Source: Sphagnum compactum (Eukaryota). Taken from it: DNA of 64,000 nt. The notes below the pieces were generated by a model that saw nothing but the letters and a program-made list of their open reading frames with translations, was not told the origin of the DNA and searched no databases. This document shows, piece by piece, positions 50,871 through 64,000 of this stretch (position 1 is its first letter; every line of letters starts with the position of its first letter). The DNA is taken from positions 13,258,213 through 13,322,212 of the forward strand of contig OZ234493.1 of NCBI GenBank assembly GCA_965153455.1. Reading direction: 5' to 3'. The position numbers and the translations under genes are program-made.

Positions 50871-52367
50871 AGTGTTGAACTAAGATGCATTTGTAGGATA
50901 AACAAATTGTTATGGTCAATATAACAAGAAAGATGTACTCAAGAAGTACCTCAAGTTGTAGACAACCTCTATTCATATCTAGGTTATAATATCTTTTACC
51001 TATGTCCTAGTTTAGTTTTTTATATGGACAAGGATTTGTATGTCAAGCTAAGTGTTTTGAGCTTTATATGCATGACATCCCTCCTCTTCTCTAGGAGGGA
51101 TTCTCATGATATAAACGTGCCCTCATGATACTCTAGAAATCTTTTTCAGTGCTTTACATTACACATCAATTTTGCCTTCCAATCAATGTTGTTGGGGGTT
51201 CCAGGTATATTAATTCGGGAACAATTGACAGTTTAGTTTTGCATCAAGTTTGTCAAATAAAGCTTTGAAAGTAAGAACTGTAAAAGAAACCAGAAATGCA
51301 TGAGGATTGATAAACTGAAGAAAACATATCATAAATGACAAAATGGAGAGTACTTGGCCACAATGCTCTTGATCAGCTACCCTTGCATACATACAAGATG
51401 AAAGATATTGGAAAAAAAATCTCCAAGGCATTCAGGGATGAAACAAGAACTTCAGACTCAATCTAGGGCCCAAAGATAGGGCGAATTTATCACTAACTTT
51501 TAATGTCCATTAACATGGGTAATGCTGCTAAATTAATACACAGTACAAGCTTGAAGCCACTAGAATTAGACAAGCAAGCAATTTGAGTTTTGGGAAATCC
51601 CATCTAGTAGATTACAAAAAGTGTTAAAAAAGGATCCATGTCAACTTGAAGAAGCTAATGCTATCACAATCAAGACACCTTTCATCAATTTACCTTCACC
51701 TACCATCATATGTAATAATAGTGCAAATTGTTTCATATCAACATAGAGCAGGGTCTTCTGTGAAACTCCCCCACCTAGCAGGATCTCTCTCTCTCACACA
51801 AGCACACACCTCCTTTCTTCAAGAATGGGCAAATGGGGCCTCATTGGGTCCCTCGAATAACAATTTTTTTTTTTTCAAAAAGGTTTCTATGATATTATTA
51901 CTTTTAGTGCAATGAATTAGAAAAAACACCCACAACCCAAGGCTTGATTTACAATTACATAATTGTGACAGGCTCCAATTCACTGCATCCACACTTTGGA
52001 CATATGCTAAATTTCTCCCCTTCCAGGTATTTGACCTGGGCATTAATCTGAGAAATACAGTTTGCAGTACCTGTACTAAGTACCCTTGAACCTCCCAAAC
52101 CCTTCAACAAAAAACTAGGGGTCAGGGGGAGCTCCTGCCCTTCATGGATTCTCTTAAGAAATGACTTTTATTGCCATTAGAGAGCACTGCCCAGAATTGA
52201 ATACAAATACAAAATCCAGAACAAAGTTCACAAGCTCCTTCCTACAGCTCGGCAAACTACTTCTGAAGTTGCACAGCCAAACAATCTCTTTTGGGTAGAC
52301 AACAAAGAAAATAAAAAAAACTATATTACAAGTCTGGAATTAACTTCAATCCTTCAGTCTATTATTG

Positions 52368-55300
52368 TTAGTCATCGTGTGATGCATGCTCAGGTGGATG
52401 GTTTACCTCATAATCGAGATGGACAAAAGCACGCTCAATTTCAGGCAAGGATTCAAGCTTGTTCTGGAGGGATTCTCCAATATCATGTGCTTGGTGCAGG
52501 GGCATATCGCTAGATAACACAATGTCAACTTCTGCAAAGTAGTGTGAACCAAATGTGTAGGCACGCACTGTGTCGATTTGGCGAATTTCCTTGTGATGGT
52601 TCCAGCAAAGATATGTCAACTTCTGCAGAAAGTCTGGCGATGCAGTCCGGCTCACCAGTGCATTGACATTTTCAAGTACTGTCAGTGACCAGGTCCGCAT
52701 TGTATAAAGTGCAAGCTGGACCACAAAAAAACACCCTTAGATAAAAGGACACAATATTTCAACTCCTTTTCCACTAAACAAAACATAAAAATTGCCATGA
52801 AAATTGCAAAATCTCTTATTGCTGCTCTACTGCAAAATAATTTGTTCAGAATTTTTTTGTCAGTAGCCATCATCACAATGTGATCTGAGAGCAAAAATAT
52901 GCTTGACAGGTAAGAGAAGATGCTTTTATATTACCACTATGGCACCAGCTGGATCAATCCACCATGCAAACATGGTCGCTAGTATGGCTGCAACCAGACC
53001 AATTAGATTGGTGACAACATCAAAGAAGTGGTCCTGAGCATAGGCCCTGACAATCTCATTACTGAACATGCGGCAGTAGACCATGAGTAAGAACTTCACA
53101 AAGGATGTGCCAACCATGATGCCCACTACCCAGTACTTTGAACGCATGAGATCCAGCATACTATCCTGCAACACCCCAAAAACTTCATGTCAGGCACAAT
53201 ATGCCACAATTGTGAAGATAAATAAAATTTGTTAGGAATGGCCGCCCTTCCAACCTTTCCATCACACTTATCTACTGTCCACATTGTGCACATGTAAAGA
53301 AGGAGAGCTCTTCTTAATGTGAAATTTGGCTGGACAACTTTGGGATCAATGCATGTGAAAAGAATGAAGACTTATTTAATCTTCCCTCCAGGTAATGTAT
53401 GCATAAGGGGGTGCTCCATATGCCATTTTGTGCCTCACACCCCATACCCAGTTTGGACAAAGTCTTGGATTTCTTTCCAAAGACCTGCATTAAAAATCAG
53501 AACCCTTCTGAATTGCACAACCTTTCTGAGAGTCCCCTTTGGTAATTACAAAGGCACACAGGTAGAAAAAACAATATAACATTGAAGGTAGTGAAGTGAG
53601 AACACATACATGAGAAAGAAGGCTGCGGATAGACTCAAGAACCACTTGGAGGCCCAATGTTGCCATCACTGATGCAAACACCAAGATTCCCTGCAGCACC
53701 GACCACAGCCTATGTTGGGAAAAAACTAACCTTTATGATGAGAAACAAGTTCTAGTAGAGTGGGCCGCTTTCTATGATCTCACACAATCATTTTGTAGCT
53801 TTGAAGGAGAATCCAACACAAACGATACCACAACTTTTCACACCAAGGAGGCTTCTGGAATTTTTTTTTTGTTACACATAAAAAGTTCTAAATAAAATGT
53901 CGGCTGATTCCAAAGGGAAACATTCCTCAATTTGCTGTTGTTTATCAGGTATAGCATCCTCACGAATCTTGACAACTTCTCCAAATTTAAATGATTTAAG
54001 TCAACCTGGAGTGATTGAGAGATGATCCGATATATAGTTAAGTCATAGAGATTTCAGAACTGACAACATCTCAGCAAACAACAAAGGAAGCAAAAGGAAA
54101 AAAAAAACCAAAGACCCAACCCTTACAAACAGAAAAACATAGATCAAGGATGCTTGATCAGGTGCAACCAATTTTGCCATAGTTTGAAGCACAAGTGCAT
54201 AAGCTTTACACAAATTTGAAACTTCAAAACATATGACCTTCTTAGCCTACTTTCAGCCACATTGGGGATTTTAGGGTATACTAGACTCAGTCAAATGGTA
54301 TTGCAAAGTAAGAGAGGAGAGAAACACTGACCAAAGGTTGCATGCGCTTCTTGCCAATTGGATATAGGTATGGGTTCAACTTGCGCATGGAAATGGCAGT
54401 GAACCACAGTATGAAGCCTGACAGCAAGTCCAACAAAGAGTCGAGTGTTGAAGCTATGATTGCCAGTGACCCACTTCGCACACATGCATAAACCTTAGCT
54501 GCAAAGATGACTAAATTTGCACAATTTGAGATCTGGATTGCAAGTTTCTCTCCCCTTCTAACCATCGCTCGCTCCTCCTGCAAAACAGAACAACAAAGGG
54601 CAAAAAAGCTGATGAACAAAAAACTGTCAACAGTAGTATAATTAGTCTGTTCACACAAACCACCAGATTTGAGTATGTTGCAAAAACTCAATTGTTGTCA
54701 ACACTGTAGGATCAGTGATATCTGACTTTCACACTGGCCATTCACACTTACTTGAGTAGTGCTTGGAATGTAGCCACCTTTCTCTGCAACACAATCCATC
54801 TCCACAAAACTGTCTAGCATCTCTGCCTGTTGGCGGTAATACTCATCAATCCCCTTCTCTCCGCCTGCAGTCATGTATAAATGTCTGGTTACTCAAAAAT
54901 GGATCTCAAACCACATTCATGGTCCAAAAAAATAAAATCTCCACGGTAAGTAGACAATAGCCTTTGACATGTAACCACTCCATGATCCAATCACTCACCT
55001 AAAACCAAAGCCCATCCAGACATCAATAGACAAATGCTATCGGTGCACATCTAATTCACACCTGAGAATACATTCAGATTTGCAGAGTCCTATGTCACCA
55101 AAAGTTTGATAGAAGATCTATCATGCACAAACTGGACTAAGAGCAGAAACCTCACATAAGATCAGTTCTCTAATTGCTGATGTACTATGGAATGGTCAAG
55201 GTCCTGACCATTATGTTGGGTAAGGTGCCAGGCAAGCACATTCAGGCAAGCTAGATGACACACCCAACATCATGAGCAAGGGCACTACTGGTTCATGACA

Positions 55301-56344
55301 TTAAGGGCTGGGGTGGCAGATTCAACAATTCTAAAAAAAATTCATGTTCAACAGACAAATTTTGGTCACTGTTATGAGTGTGTAGGTTCATTGCGGGGAA
55401 AATTATGGCATACAATGTGGTCAAGAAAATGACATAATCTGCCACCCCAGACCTTGATCTCCACTGGTACAAGTTCCTGGGATTTAGGTTGTTCATGCAG
55501 AGTCTGCACCAGACTCTTGCGTGGCAGCTTTTGTTTCGTAGCTACGACATAAGGATGCTGATATGATGCATCACCCTGGTTCTTCCTTCACAGATTCAAG
55601 GCAGTGGATCAGGTAGGTAGTTCGTTTTCATCCATATCTAAACAAAAATCTACTGTGGCAGCAGCACAATTGGGAACTGGAGCAATCCAGACTTTGGACA
55701 CAACACTTGAAGAAGACTGAAAGACTAAAATCCCCCCAAAGGTACACCACCCTTTCAGCTTGTTGATGACCAAAAAATCAATGCAGATGTTGTTGGTATG
55801 TGTTTTGCACTTTCTCAATGAACATCCCAATCTTTCCCAAAAGCTCTTGGGAGGATTACAGCAAGCAAGCAAGCTGTAGAGAATTTTTTTCCCCCTTTGT
55901 GCACCAAATGTGTCCACCGTCACGGAAGTTCATCCGAAAGTATTTTCACATAAAAGCAAGCAGCTCTCGGTTGGGTTGGGTTGTTGAAACATCTAAGAAA
56001 CCCCATAAATCGAAATCCCCAGCAGCCCACATCGCCGAAAAAATTAAAAGAAATGGTGATGATGATGATCATCATGAGGAGGAGAGGAGGCGTAGGGTAG
56101 AACTCACTCACTCACCCACTTTCTTGAGGCAATCAGCGACACTGTTTTTGGGAGATTGCACGGTGGGAGGACTATAACCCGGAGGACGAAAGGAGTGCAC
56201 ATTCAAACGCCATGCTCTCTCTGCTGCATCTGTCCCAGCAACACCAGTCTCCTCCTCCTCCTCTGCCCCCCGCAACAACAACGCTTCCGTCGCCGTGGTA
56301 TCACGGCGACCATCAAAAGACATCATCTCCGATCCCTCTCCCAT
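52368..56344 (-). CDS. MTP: Metal tolerance protein, Mn-CDF clade (MTP9/10/11-like)
   Basis: Exons 56344-56116, 54864-54752, 54577-54332, 53690-53610, 53165-52935 and 52715-52368. DxxxD motifs DSLLD and DHFFD; also [22 protein letters not shown] and [10 protein letters not shown]. Confidence 0.93.
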
Positions 56345-56944
56345 CGCAACCCACCCCACCTCACCGCCCCAAAAAACAAAAACCCACAAAACAGAAACAA
56401 CAACAACAACAACAAAAAGACTTTGAGCTTATGGGAAATCCCCAAACCCTAAGTCCAAACAACAGAAGCTGCTACTACGCGAAGAGCTCTGCATAGTCCC
56501 GGAGCAACGAAGAACTAATTCTTCCACAAAAGTAGGAGTGTCTCTCGCCCGTCTCCACCACAAATGCAGCGGCGACGTTCCGCATGCCCGGCAGCCACGA
56601 TGGACCGATTTTCGTTGCGCTACAATACGAAAGTCCAAAGCCACCCCGCTCCCCCCCCCTCCCAACAACAAACTAAAAACGCAACAACAACTAGAGTGAA
56701 AGCGAAGAAGAAGAGATGGCGTGAAATTCGTGTGTGTGTTTTTGTGGCAAAATGGAGTTTGTGAAAGGAATCAATCACTCATCACGCATGTTTGGAAATT
56801 AGTGTGAGTTCTAAGGACTCCCCAAAAAAAGAAAAGAGAAAGAGAGAGAACGGAAGAAAAGAGAGAGAGAGAGAGCGAGGATTCTGGATGCCTATTTGTG
56901 CGTGTTTGTTTTGGTTCAAATTGGGGGGGGGGGGGTTGGGGTTT

Positions 56945-57130
56945 GATGATCATCCACAAGAGGGTTTAGCCAAATTTGGCTATAGGTCAGAGAGCAAACT
57001 AATTTTTCTGAAAGGATTCTTTCTATGTTTTGGTAACATGTTGGAACTTATTGTCTAAATATGGTGACTTTAGAATCTTTTTCCCCCTCATAATGTGACA
57101 GACAACTGGGGCCCAATATTTTCACAAAAA
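56945..57130. repeat. Dispersed palindrome-core repeat, copy 2
   Basis: GATCATCCACAAGAGGGTT then perfect palindrome TAGCCAAATTTGGCTA at 56967-56982. Bounds approximate. Confidence 0.65.
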
Positions 57131-57855
57131 AAATAATCCTGTGTATCGTTTATCACACCTCCATTTATTTTATTTTATTTTTGGCACAAAGGACATGAAA
57201 TTTAGCACCCCAAAGAAAGAAAAAAACACTAAGGGTTAAAAGAAGAATTATATCTTAGTTGTAAACATGCTCATTGTCACACACTCACTCATCACCAAAC
57301 ATTGACAAATATGTTATCATTTCTTGTCCATTTGTATTGACCTTCATAGATATGGGTGTGGTAAATGGAGGTCCACAACACCTTTTGAAGTTCCATAAGC
57401 AAAGGAGCAATGATAGCCAAAAATAAATAAAAAATAGTAAAACTATATATGTATATATAGGAAAAGTTGTTCAAATTGCAAAATGTTTGAAAAAAACCAA
57501 ATTACACCCCCACATACTTTCGAAACCCCTATCTTCCATCTTAGGTAATATTAATCCAAAATCAGTACCATTTAAAACCTATTTTTCAAAAAAAACTTAT
57601 TTGGTTATTTGGGTCTCCAAATTTCTAAATCATCAATTATGTTTTATTTTCTAAGAGTGAGGCATTTAGGGATGTTTGAGATGTATCATGGGAGTACAAA
57701 AGAAAAAGAATAAAAGGAAAAGAAAGAGAAGGGCAAAACCATCCAATATTGAATCAGGCATGTTTGGAACGTGACCAAAGAAGGAGAGAAAAGAAAAGGG
57801 CAAAAAAAAAAAAAGGGAAAGAAAAAAAGAGGAAGCTCTAGACTTTAGAGTAACG

Positions 57856-57858
<3 letters not shown>

Positions 57859-57888
<30 letters not shown>
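57859..57888 (+). repeat. G30 homopolymer
   Basis: Read directly. Shorter G runs occur near 56923 and 58584. Confidence 0.9.
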
Positions 57889-57889
<1 letters not shown>

Positions 57890-58309
57890 ATATGAGGTCT
57901 GGACAGAGAAGTCCTCCGGTTATTTGAACGGGTATATTTGAACGGGTAAATTAGCAAAAGTAGTCTATATTTCACTAGAAAAACAAAATTTTCCCAAATT
58001 TTCCCAATTTCTTTGTTGAAAAATAGGCAAAATCAGGCATGTTTGAAGTGTGAGTAAAAAAGGAGAAAAAGAAAAGAAAAGAAAAGAAAAAGAAGAAGAA
58101 GAGGAAGCTCTAGACTTGATTAGAGCAATTATATGGGTACCATAAAAAAATGAAATAATTCAACTTCCAGAAAAGAAAGGGGAAAAAGAAAAGGAGAAGA
58201 GGGAAAATGGAGAGATCCTTTCATTCACCTTTCATCTTTGGAGATGATGACTTTTATCTTAAAAAGCACTGGGAGTCTTTCAATGCACTCCAAAATTAAA
58301 AGGGATATT

Positions 58310-58515
58310 TTCTTTTATTTGTTCCTTGGCAATTTTTTTTAAAAGTAAAAAAAAAATTGTCTGATTTCTATATTAGTTTCTAGTAGGTAGCCAACAACAA
58401 TAAATAGAAGGAATCTTAGTTTTTTTTTTTGTTTTTTTCTCTATCTCCTTTGTAGCCAAATTTGGCTATATATTCTTATGGAGGATAGTCAGTTTGACTA
58501 CATCACGAAATTGAA
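58310..58515. repeat. Dispersed palindrome-core repeat, copy 3 (inverted)
   Basis: TAGCCAAATTTGGCTA at 58453-58468 followed by TCTTATGGAGGAT, the reverse complement of the shared leader. Bounds approximate. Confidence 0.6.
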
Positions 58516-59384
58516 TAAAACCACATCAGAACAAATTAAATTTGAGATTGTCTAGATATGGAATTTTGGAACAAATTGAAAATAGGGGGGGGGGGGGGGA
58601 ATTAATTAAAATTAATCACTTATCTTAAAGTTCAGCCTACTTTTCAAATTTTAGCTTTGCTTATCTAAAGAACCTAAAACATGTTCAAGAATTTAAGAAA
58701 AAAAAAGAAAGTTCATATTTCAATTTTAGGTCTAGCAAAAGGTTAGATTCAAAATGTGGTTCTTGCACGGATTTGAGTTTACCTAAACCCCCAAGTTTAA
58801 CACTATAAACCATAGAATTCCCAACATTGGTTCAAACAAAACACCTAAAATAGGAGAAATGTTCCATGATCATCCCAAAAATTGATCTTGTAGTTCATAA
58901 TAACACCATATGAACATTCATCAAAATGTGGGACCAAATGAAAAATTGCATTCCTTTATGTAATCTCTCTTTTCATAAATTAGGAAATAACTTATGTCCT
59001 TTCTTTTGTCTCTGTTTCCCTTTCTTTCTTCCTTCCTTATAGCAGCGCTTTCTTGTAGTGAAACTTTGGGCAAACCTTTTCCGTTTCCATTCCTTTCTTG
59101 TAGCAGTGCTTTCTTGGAACAAGGGGTGTGTCAAACTCTTCAAAAAATCCTCTAAAAGAAACCAAAATCCATCAAGATATTATAATTCCATATAACTAAT
59201 CTCAAGTTTCAACACAAGCCATAATATCATCTTTCAAAAATCCTTATATGAAAATAGACCTATTACCTAGGAGCCAAAATCCCTTAAGCTAGTGTACTCT
59301 ATAGTGAATCTAAACACAATATCCTTGTCTTGGTAGGCAAGGCCAACAAATGAGGCTCTCTACCTCATATGGTAAAGCTTCAAC

Positions 59385-59733
59385 CAGTGTTGGGTGGTTC
59401 TTCAATTCTGGACCAAACTCCCCACTGGAGGTCTGACTGGGTGGGTATATAGGCATAATATAACAAGCAGAGGTCAAAATTTGAAAGACCTACCCTGCTA
59501 GCTTAGGGTAGACTGGCCCATCACCGATCGCCTGCCTATGACTGAACACTTATTTAGCCCTAGACACCCACAAAAATAGATTGAAAAAAAGGCTGGTCTG
59601 AGAGGATCTGAGATTCCGAAAATCTTCCAAAAAACAAAGCAGGAGGTTCTTTGATTTCTAAATTTTTTCAGAAAAAAAAAACTCCCCAAGCCAGAGGTTC
59701 TCAAAAAAGGATCAAGGAACCGCCCAACAACAG
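59385..59733. mobile_element. MITE-like element, about 350 bp
   Basis: Left CAGTGTTGGGTGGTTC; right GAACCGCCCAACA at 59717-59729 (12/13 inverted match). Non-coding interior; no clear TSD. Confidence 0.6.
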
Positions 59734-60968
59734 TGTCCCACACTTGGATTACTCCAGCCCCTAATAGTCTGGCTCAAAAGGTAACCAAAAAGACATAGTC
59801 TGGGGTGATGAGTGTGGTAGCGGGAGAGGAAGAGGATCACAATCCCATGAGAAAAGAATGCCAAAATATGAGATGGCAGAGAATCTAGGATCTACAACAT
59901 CGGATCACATTTCTACATGTTATTACACCAGAAAAAAAGGGCCCCAGCACAAGCACAGACACAAAAAGAAAAGATCAGTTGTAAATTGATTGTATATAGA
60001 TAAGGGAGGAAATGAGCTCTGAGGATTGGGGCAGGGAAAGGGGAGTGTGAGACGACACAGAAAAGTACCATGACGTGGGCCACACAAAAGGCCAGTTCAG
60101 TAACTTAGTACATACTTAGTATCCATAGCCATTGATTGAGATTTTGGTGGAGAATAGTACCTCAAGCGGTGGATGCTTGAATCTCCCTCCAGCTGTGTGT
60201 GCTGCAATAAAAGAGTGCCACAGACAACTCCCACAACAAGTGCAGAATCTCTCTGTTTGTGATGACCACCTTATGGTGTAGAAAAGAAGAAGATTAATAA
60301 AATCCCTGCAGTCCAACACTTTGTAGACCATCAGTCTTTCTCCCATCTCTTGTTGGCAGGTTTGGATCATAGCGGCCACTGGTGGCTAAGAATTGAACAT
60401 AGTGGCTTTGCCTTCTAGTGGCGTGAAGAAGATAATGTGCCTATACTCTAACAGTAGTAGTAGTAAGTGAGTGGCCAAGCTCCCTTGTGAAGAAGGGCTG
60501 ATGCTAAACAGAGCTCATCAAGCATCTGCAGAAAATTTCAAGTGTATCTAGAGTTCAGGTTAGGAAGCAGAACTTTTCCTCCATAAAGGGCAGGGGCAGG
60601 TCGTTTTGACAAAGGGAATGCCCACCAGATACCCACTGGGTAGCACGGGGTACGAAATGACCCAAGAAAAAAAAAAAGATTTTCTGCACTTGGAGCTGGG
60701 TGTTGTTCCAGAAATAAGGACCCCTCAGCACCACCACCTTGAGCTTGTGCTTATTTCAGGAACACCCTGCTCCTCAGGCATTACCCAACTCCAAAGCATG
60801 AGGTTCACGAGAATAAGCATACTGAAAATTATAGAAAGGAAAAAAATTCAAGAATTCTTTATGTATAGGGTAAGGCTATGTGGGTATGTATAGGGGAGCT
60901 TACAACCAAAACACCCTCTGGAATATCCTGTTTGGAACTAGTTTGAAAACAGTAAAAGGCAGCTGTCA

Positions 60969-61058
60969 AGGGACCTTACAAGCACAATGCCCCACAAACA
61001 AGGACCTTACAAGCAAAAATGCTCTTCCAAACAAGGGCCTTACAGTGCGTAATGCCCT
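60969..61058. repeat. 31-33-bp tandem repeat x3
   Basis: GG(A/G)CCTTACA...AATGC recurs three times. Confidence 0.75.
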
Positions 61059-61874
61059 CACATGGGCAGATTGCACAATGAGCCAATATTGCCCCCTGCC
61101 ACAATTGCCCTAAATAATAACAAGGGGAAAACACCAAGATTTTACACATGGCTGACTGATAGTAAGGTGAGAAAGCTGAGAAATTGGCCTCTTTTCAACA
61201 GGAATAGGTAGTAATACTTATACTTGCTCTCAACATTGATATAAACAACAGAAAGGGGAAATTCCATCCTTAGTGGTGGTGGGTGGGGGAGTGTGTAGGG
61301 TAAGGACTGAGAACTGGACTGTTCTGGGAATGAGGTACCAGTGCGAGGCGGGAGCCGAGTGAAGGACCTGAATTCCCAGAACAGCCCCTCTTGAGGTCCT
61401 TACCCGGCATAAAGATCTGGTAGAATTTTAAATGACTGTGATTCATTTGAGAAAGAGAAGAGGCATGTCACACATAAGGTTTACTTGCCTGATTGGCTCT
61501 CTCGCTCCATAGCTTCTTATGCAGTGGTGGTTTCATTTACCTGAGGATTCAACAAACACCATGTGCAAAGCAGTTTTCAGAAGAATGATTATCAACAAGA
61601 GCTGCAAGTAGGTACAAACCTGTGTTATGTACTCTAATCCATAGCTTGCGGTTTGACTTTTGAAACGCATATTGTCTTCCTCAAGAAACTTGGTACCAGT
61701 CTGTGAAGAGTTTGGTAAAAAATGTAGGTAGGTAGCTGCTCATGACAAGCACATGATTTATGATCGACTCTGGTCACTTTGATTCAGCTGCCAAAGATTT
61801 CCAGGCACATTCCTCAAATGCAAAAAATGGAGTTTGGACAGGGAGTTTTGGAAGGAGTGCCTCTGATCTCCCAA

Positions 61875-63884
61875 CTAATGCAAAGCAATCCATCTCTCGA
61901 CATATCCATAGCAGAGGAAACATTGAGTAGGGGCATGGTTGCGTTGTCGCAGACTATCTTTGCATGCTGCACACAAGCCATAGTGACCACATGGAACTGC
62001 AACCCAAAGGGCTTGTCTCACTGAGCAAAGTCCGCACATCCCTTCTCGTCCAGAGTAACCTTGACCTAGTGCTGGTGGCAGTCCACTTGGAATTCCATAC
62101 AGTGGTAAAATGCTCTGAGCAAATTCCTGCACCAGGAATAATGCAAAGAGTGACATTGGTTGTCAAACTGCAGTTCAATTGATCTTGCGAAAACAATGAT
62201 GCGAAAGTTGGTGCATAGGTATCACTGAGTGGAGACTCTGGTGTTGCCCTGCATATGCAGAAACAAGAAGCTCAAGAAGATGATGACGATGCTACTGTTA
62301 AGAGAGTGTTATGGGGAATATGCTCACCTGATGGTTATAGACTTCTTTGGCTCTGTTGTCTTGCACATTTGGGCCCCATATACTGTATGGGGTGTCTGGG
62401 AGGAAACTGGGAAACGAATTACTGAATGCGGCAAATGGCTTCAGTGGTGCTGGGAGTTGGTGGTCTGGAGTTTTAGGTTCGTGCTCAGGTGTGACAGGTG
62501 ACCTGGCAGAAATCCTCACCTCTGTCCTCTGTGAACAAGAGCCTTGTGGAACCTGAATGCCAATCACTGCTGGTCTCTGGCTGGAGTTCTGCACAGAAGG
62601 GTCGGATGTTGTTATCTTGGGCACATCCTCTGAGTCCTGTCCAATTTCGTTCTTGTGTAGCAGTGCTAGAAGCTCTGCCAAAAATGTCCATTCCTCCTGC
62701 GAGAGACTTGCTGAGTTTATTCCAGAAGCATGAGGTGCATCTGGAAGTCTGGTCCCAACCTGAACTGTGGATGATTTGCATGCAATCAGACTGGCCAGGT
62801 CTGCAGCTGATGAGCTTGATCCTGGACATTTGGGGGCATCATTCACCAATTCTGGGTGGCTTAACACCTGAGTTGCAACACCAGTAGTCAGAGTAGGCAG
62901 CTTGTTTGATGGTAGAGATGTTGATGACGATGCAGCACCCATCAAGCTACTTGTTCCTCTGCATGCCACAGCTGCATAAGAGCGTGTCGCATCTACCAGG
63001 GACAGGCCCTTGTAACACTCAAGTCCAGCAGGATGCTGTTGTGCTGAAGGAGAGGCACTTTCACCTCGTTCAGCAACTTCATTGTTTACCACACCAGGTG
63101 GATCAGTGTGAGGCAGAGACGTGGGTGCATATGGTAAGGAAAACGAGTTTATGTGACTTGCACCCTGGCAGGCTACAGCAGCATAGGACCGTGAAGCATC
63201 CACTAATGATCGGCTTGTCATGAGAGATCCACTGGTCCTTCCTTGACTCTGTGATACAGGAGTGGGTCGAGTCAATGCTGGAAGGAGAACCATATGGGTT
63301 GCTGGGCCCCTTCCAACTGGTACAATCTTCATTCTGCAAACTTCAGGCAGAGAGCGGATGAAATCACTGAGCTTTTCATAACCAAGGGCCAAGTGGTCAA
63401 GTTCCAAACCACAGGTTGCTCTGAAATCTCCTTTCAGAGATGAGAGTGGATACCATTCTCCTTCGTTTAAGCGTGTTGACACTCCTGCCAGGAAGGTTGG
63501 GAGCCACTGCCTAAACTTGATCAACCAGGAAGGGGTAGATCCCTGGATGCTGCTGGATGAGCTTTGACTTACAGGTGATGAATACAAATCACTGGGATGG
63601 AAAAACTCCTTGGCTGATGACAATTTGTTGGAGAAACTGGTGTTGTCTTCTCCTGTAGGTTGCTGGCATTCCACCAATGTCATCCAGTGTGCTTGTGGAG
63701 TGCCTTGAAGTGTCTTGGGGTGAAGAAGTGATCCTGGAGTCGAGGGTGTTAGAAACTCCATTCTGTCCACTTCTGACATTTTGTCTGCAGGCAAAGGAGA
63801 ATACTGCTCCTGGACATTACTGTCAGATCTTGCAGAGTCGAGTGCTGGAAGTTCCGATCGAGGAACTGCACTTTTGATTTCCAC
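61875..63884 (-). CDS. 3' part of an OST-HTH/LOTUS domain + C-terminal C3HC4 RING protein (5' exons outside window; probably preceded by an RRM)
   Basis: Exons 63884-62328 and 62126-61875 join in phase 0. YPLSSLKGDFRATCGLELDHLALGYEKLSDFIRSLP (LOTUS-like); CGLC...VPCGHYGLCAAC...CFLC (RING). The exon starts VEIKSAVPR, resembling the last RRM strand. Confidence 0.8.
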
Positions 63885-64000
63885 CTGTCAGGGTAATGCA
63901 AATTTCAATTGGACGCAAGGAACTAACTCCAGGCTGGCCAATCACTGATGTACAATAGGCATGATCAGAGAGCATGTCAAAGAATGTGCTCCGCTTTTCT

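Noticed and set aside
60100-61600. Short ORFs and donor-like sites downstream of the RING gene
   Set aside because: No recognisable protein; could be spliced 3' UTR but this cannot be supported without transcripts.

Overview
Plant nuclear DNA with spliced GT-AG genes. The repeat content suggests a bryophyte, probably Sphagnum; this is inference. Four host genes: a TAF15/TET-like RRM + RanBP2-zinc-finger gene (+, 16100-22057), a LEUNIG/LUH-like corepressor (-, 24780-34777), a Mn-CDF metal tolerance protein (-, 52368-56344), and the 3' part of an OST-HTH/LOTUS + RING gene (-, 61875 to beyond 63884). The rest is layered transposon DNA. Bases 1-14000 hold an internally deleted chromovirus LTR element, decayed hAT transposases, and a CACTA-like insertion carrying an orphan ORF and a 190-bp array. 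Two structures stand out. (i) An ~8.4 kb Helitron (38917-47347) with both ends and a reconstructable A|T empty site carries fragments of four unrelated host genes (H+-ATPase, PsbY, FIE, phospholipase D) upstream of a disrupted RepHel ORF. (ii) A 5'-truncated Penelope-like retroelement with no C-terminal endonuclease sits in LEUNIG intron 3, flanked by a perfect 17-bp target-site duplication. No rRNA, tRNA or CRISPR array was seen. All family assignments come from motif recognition by eye; no searches were run.
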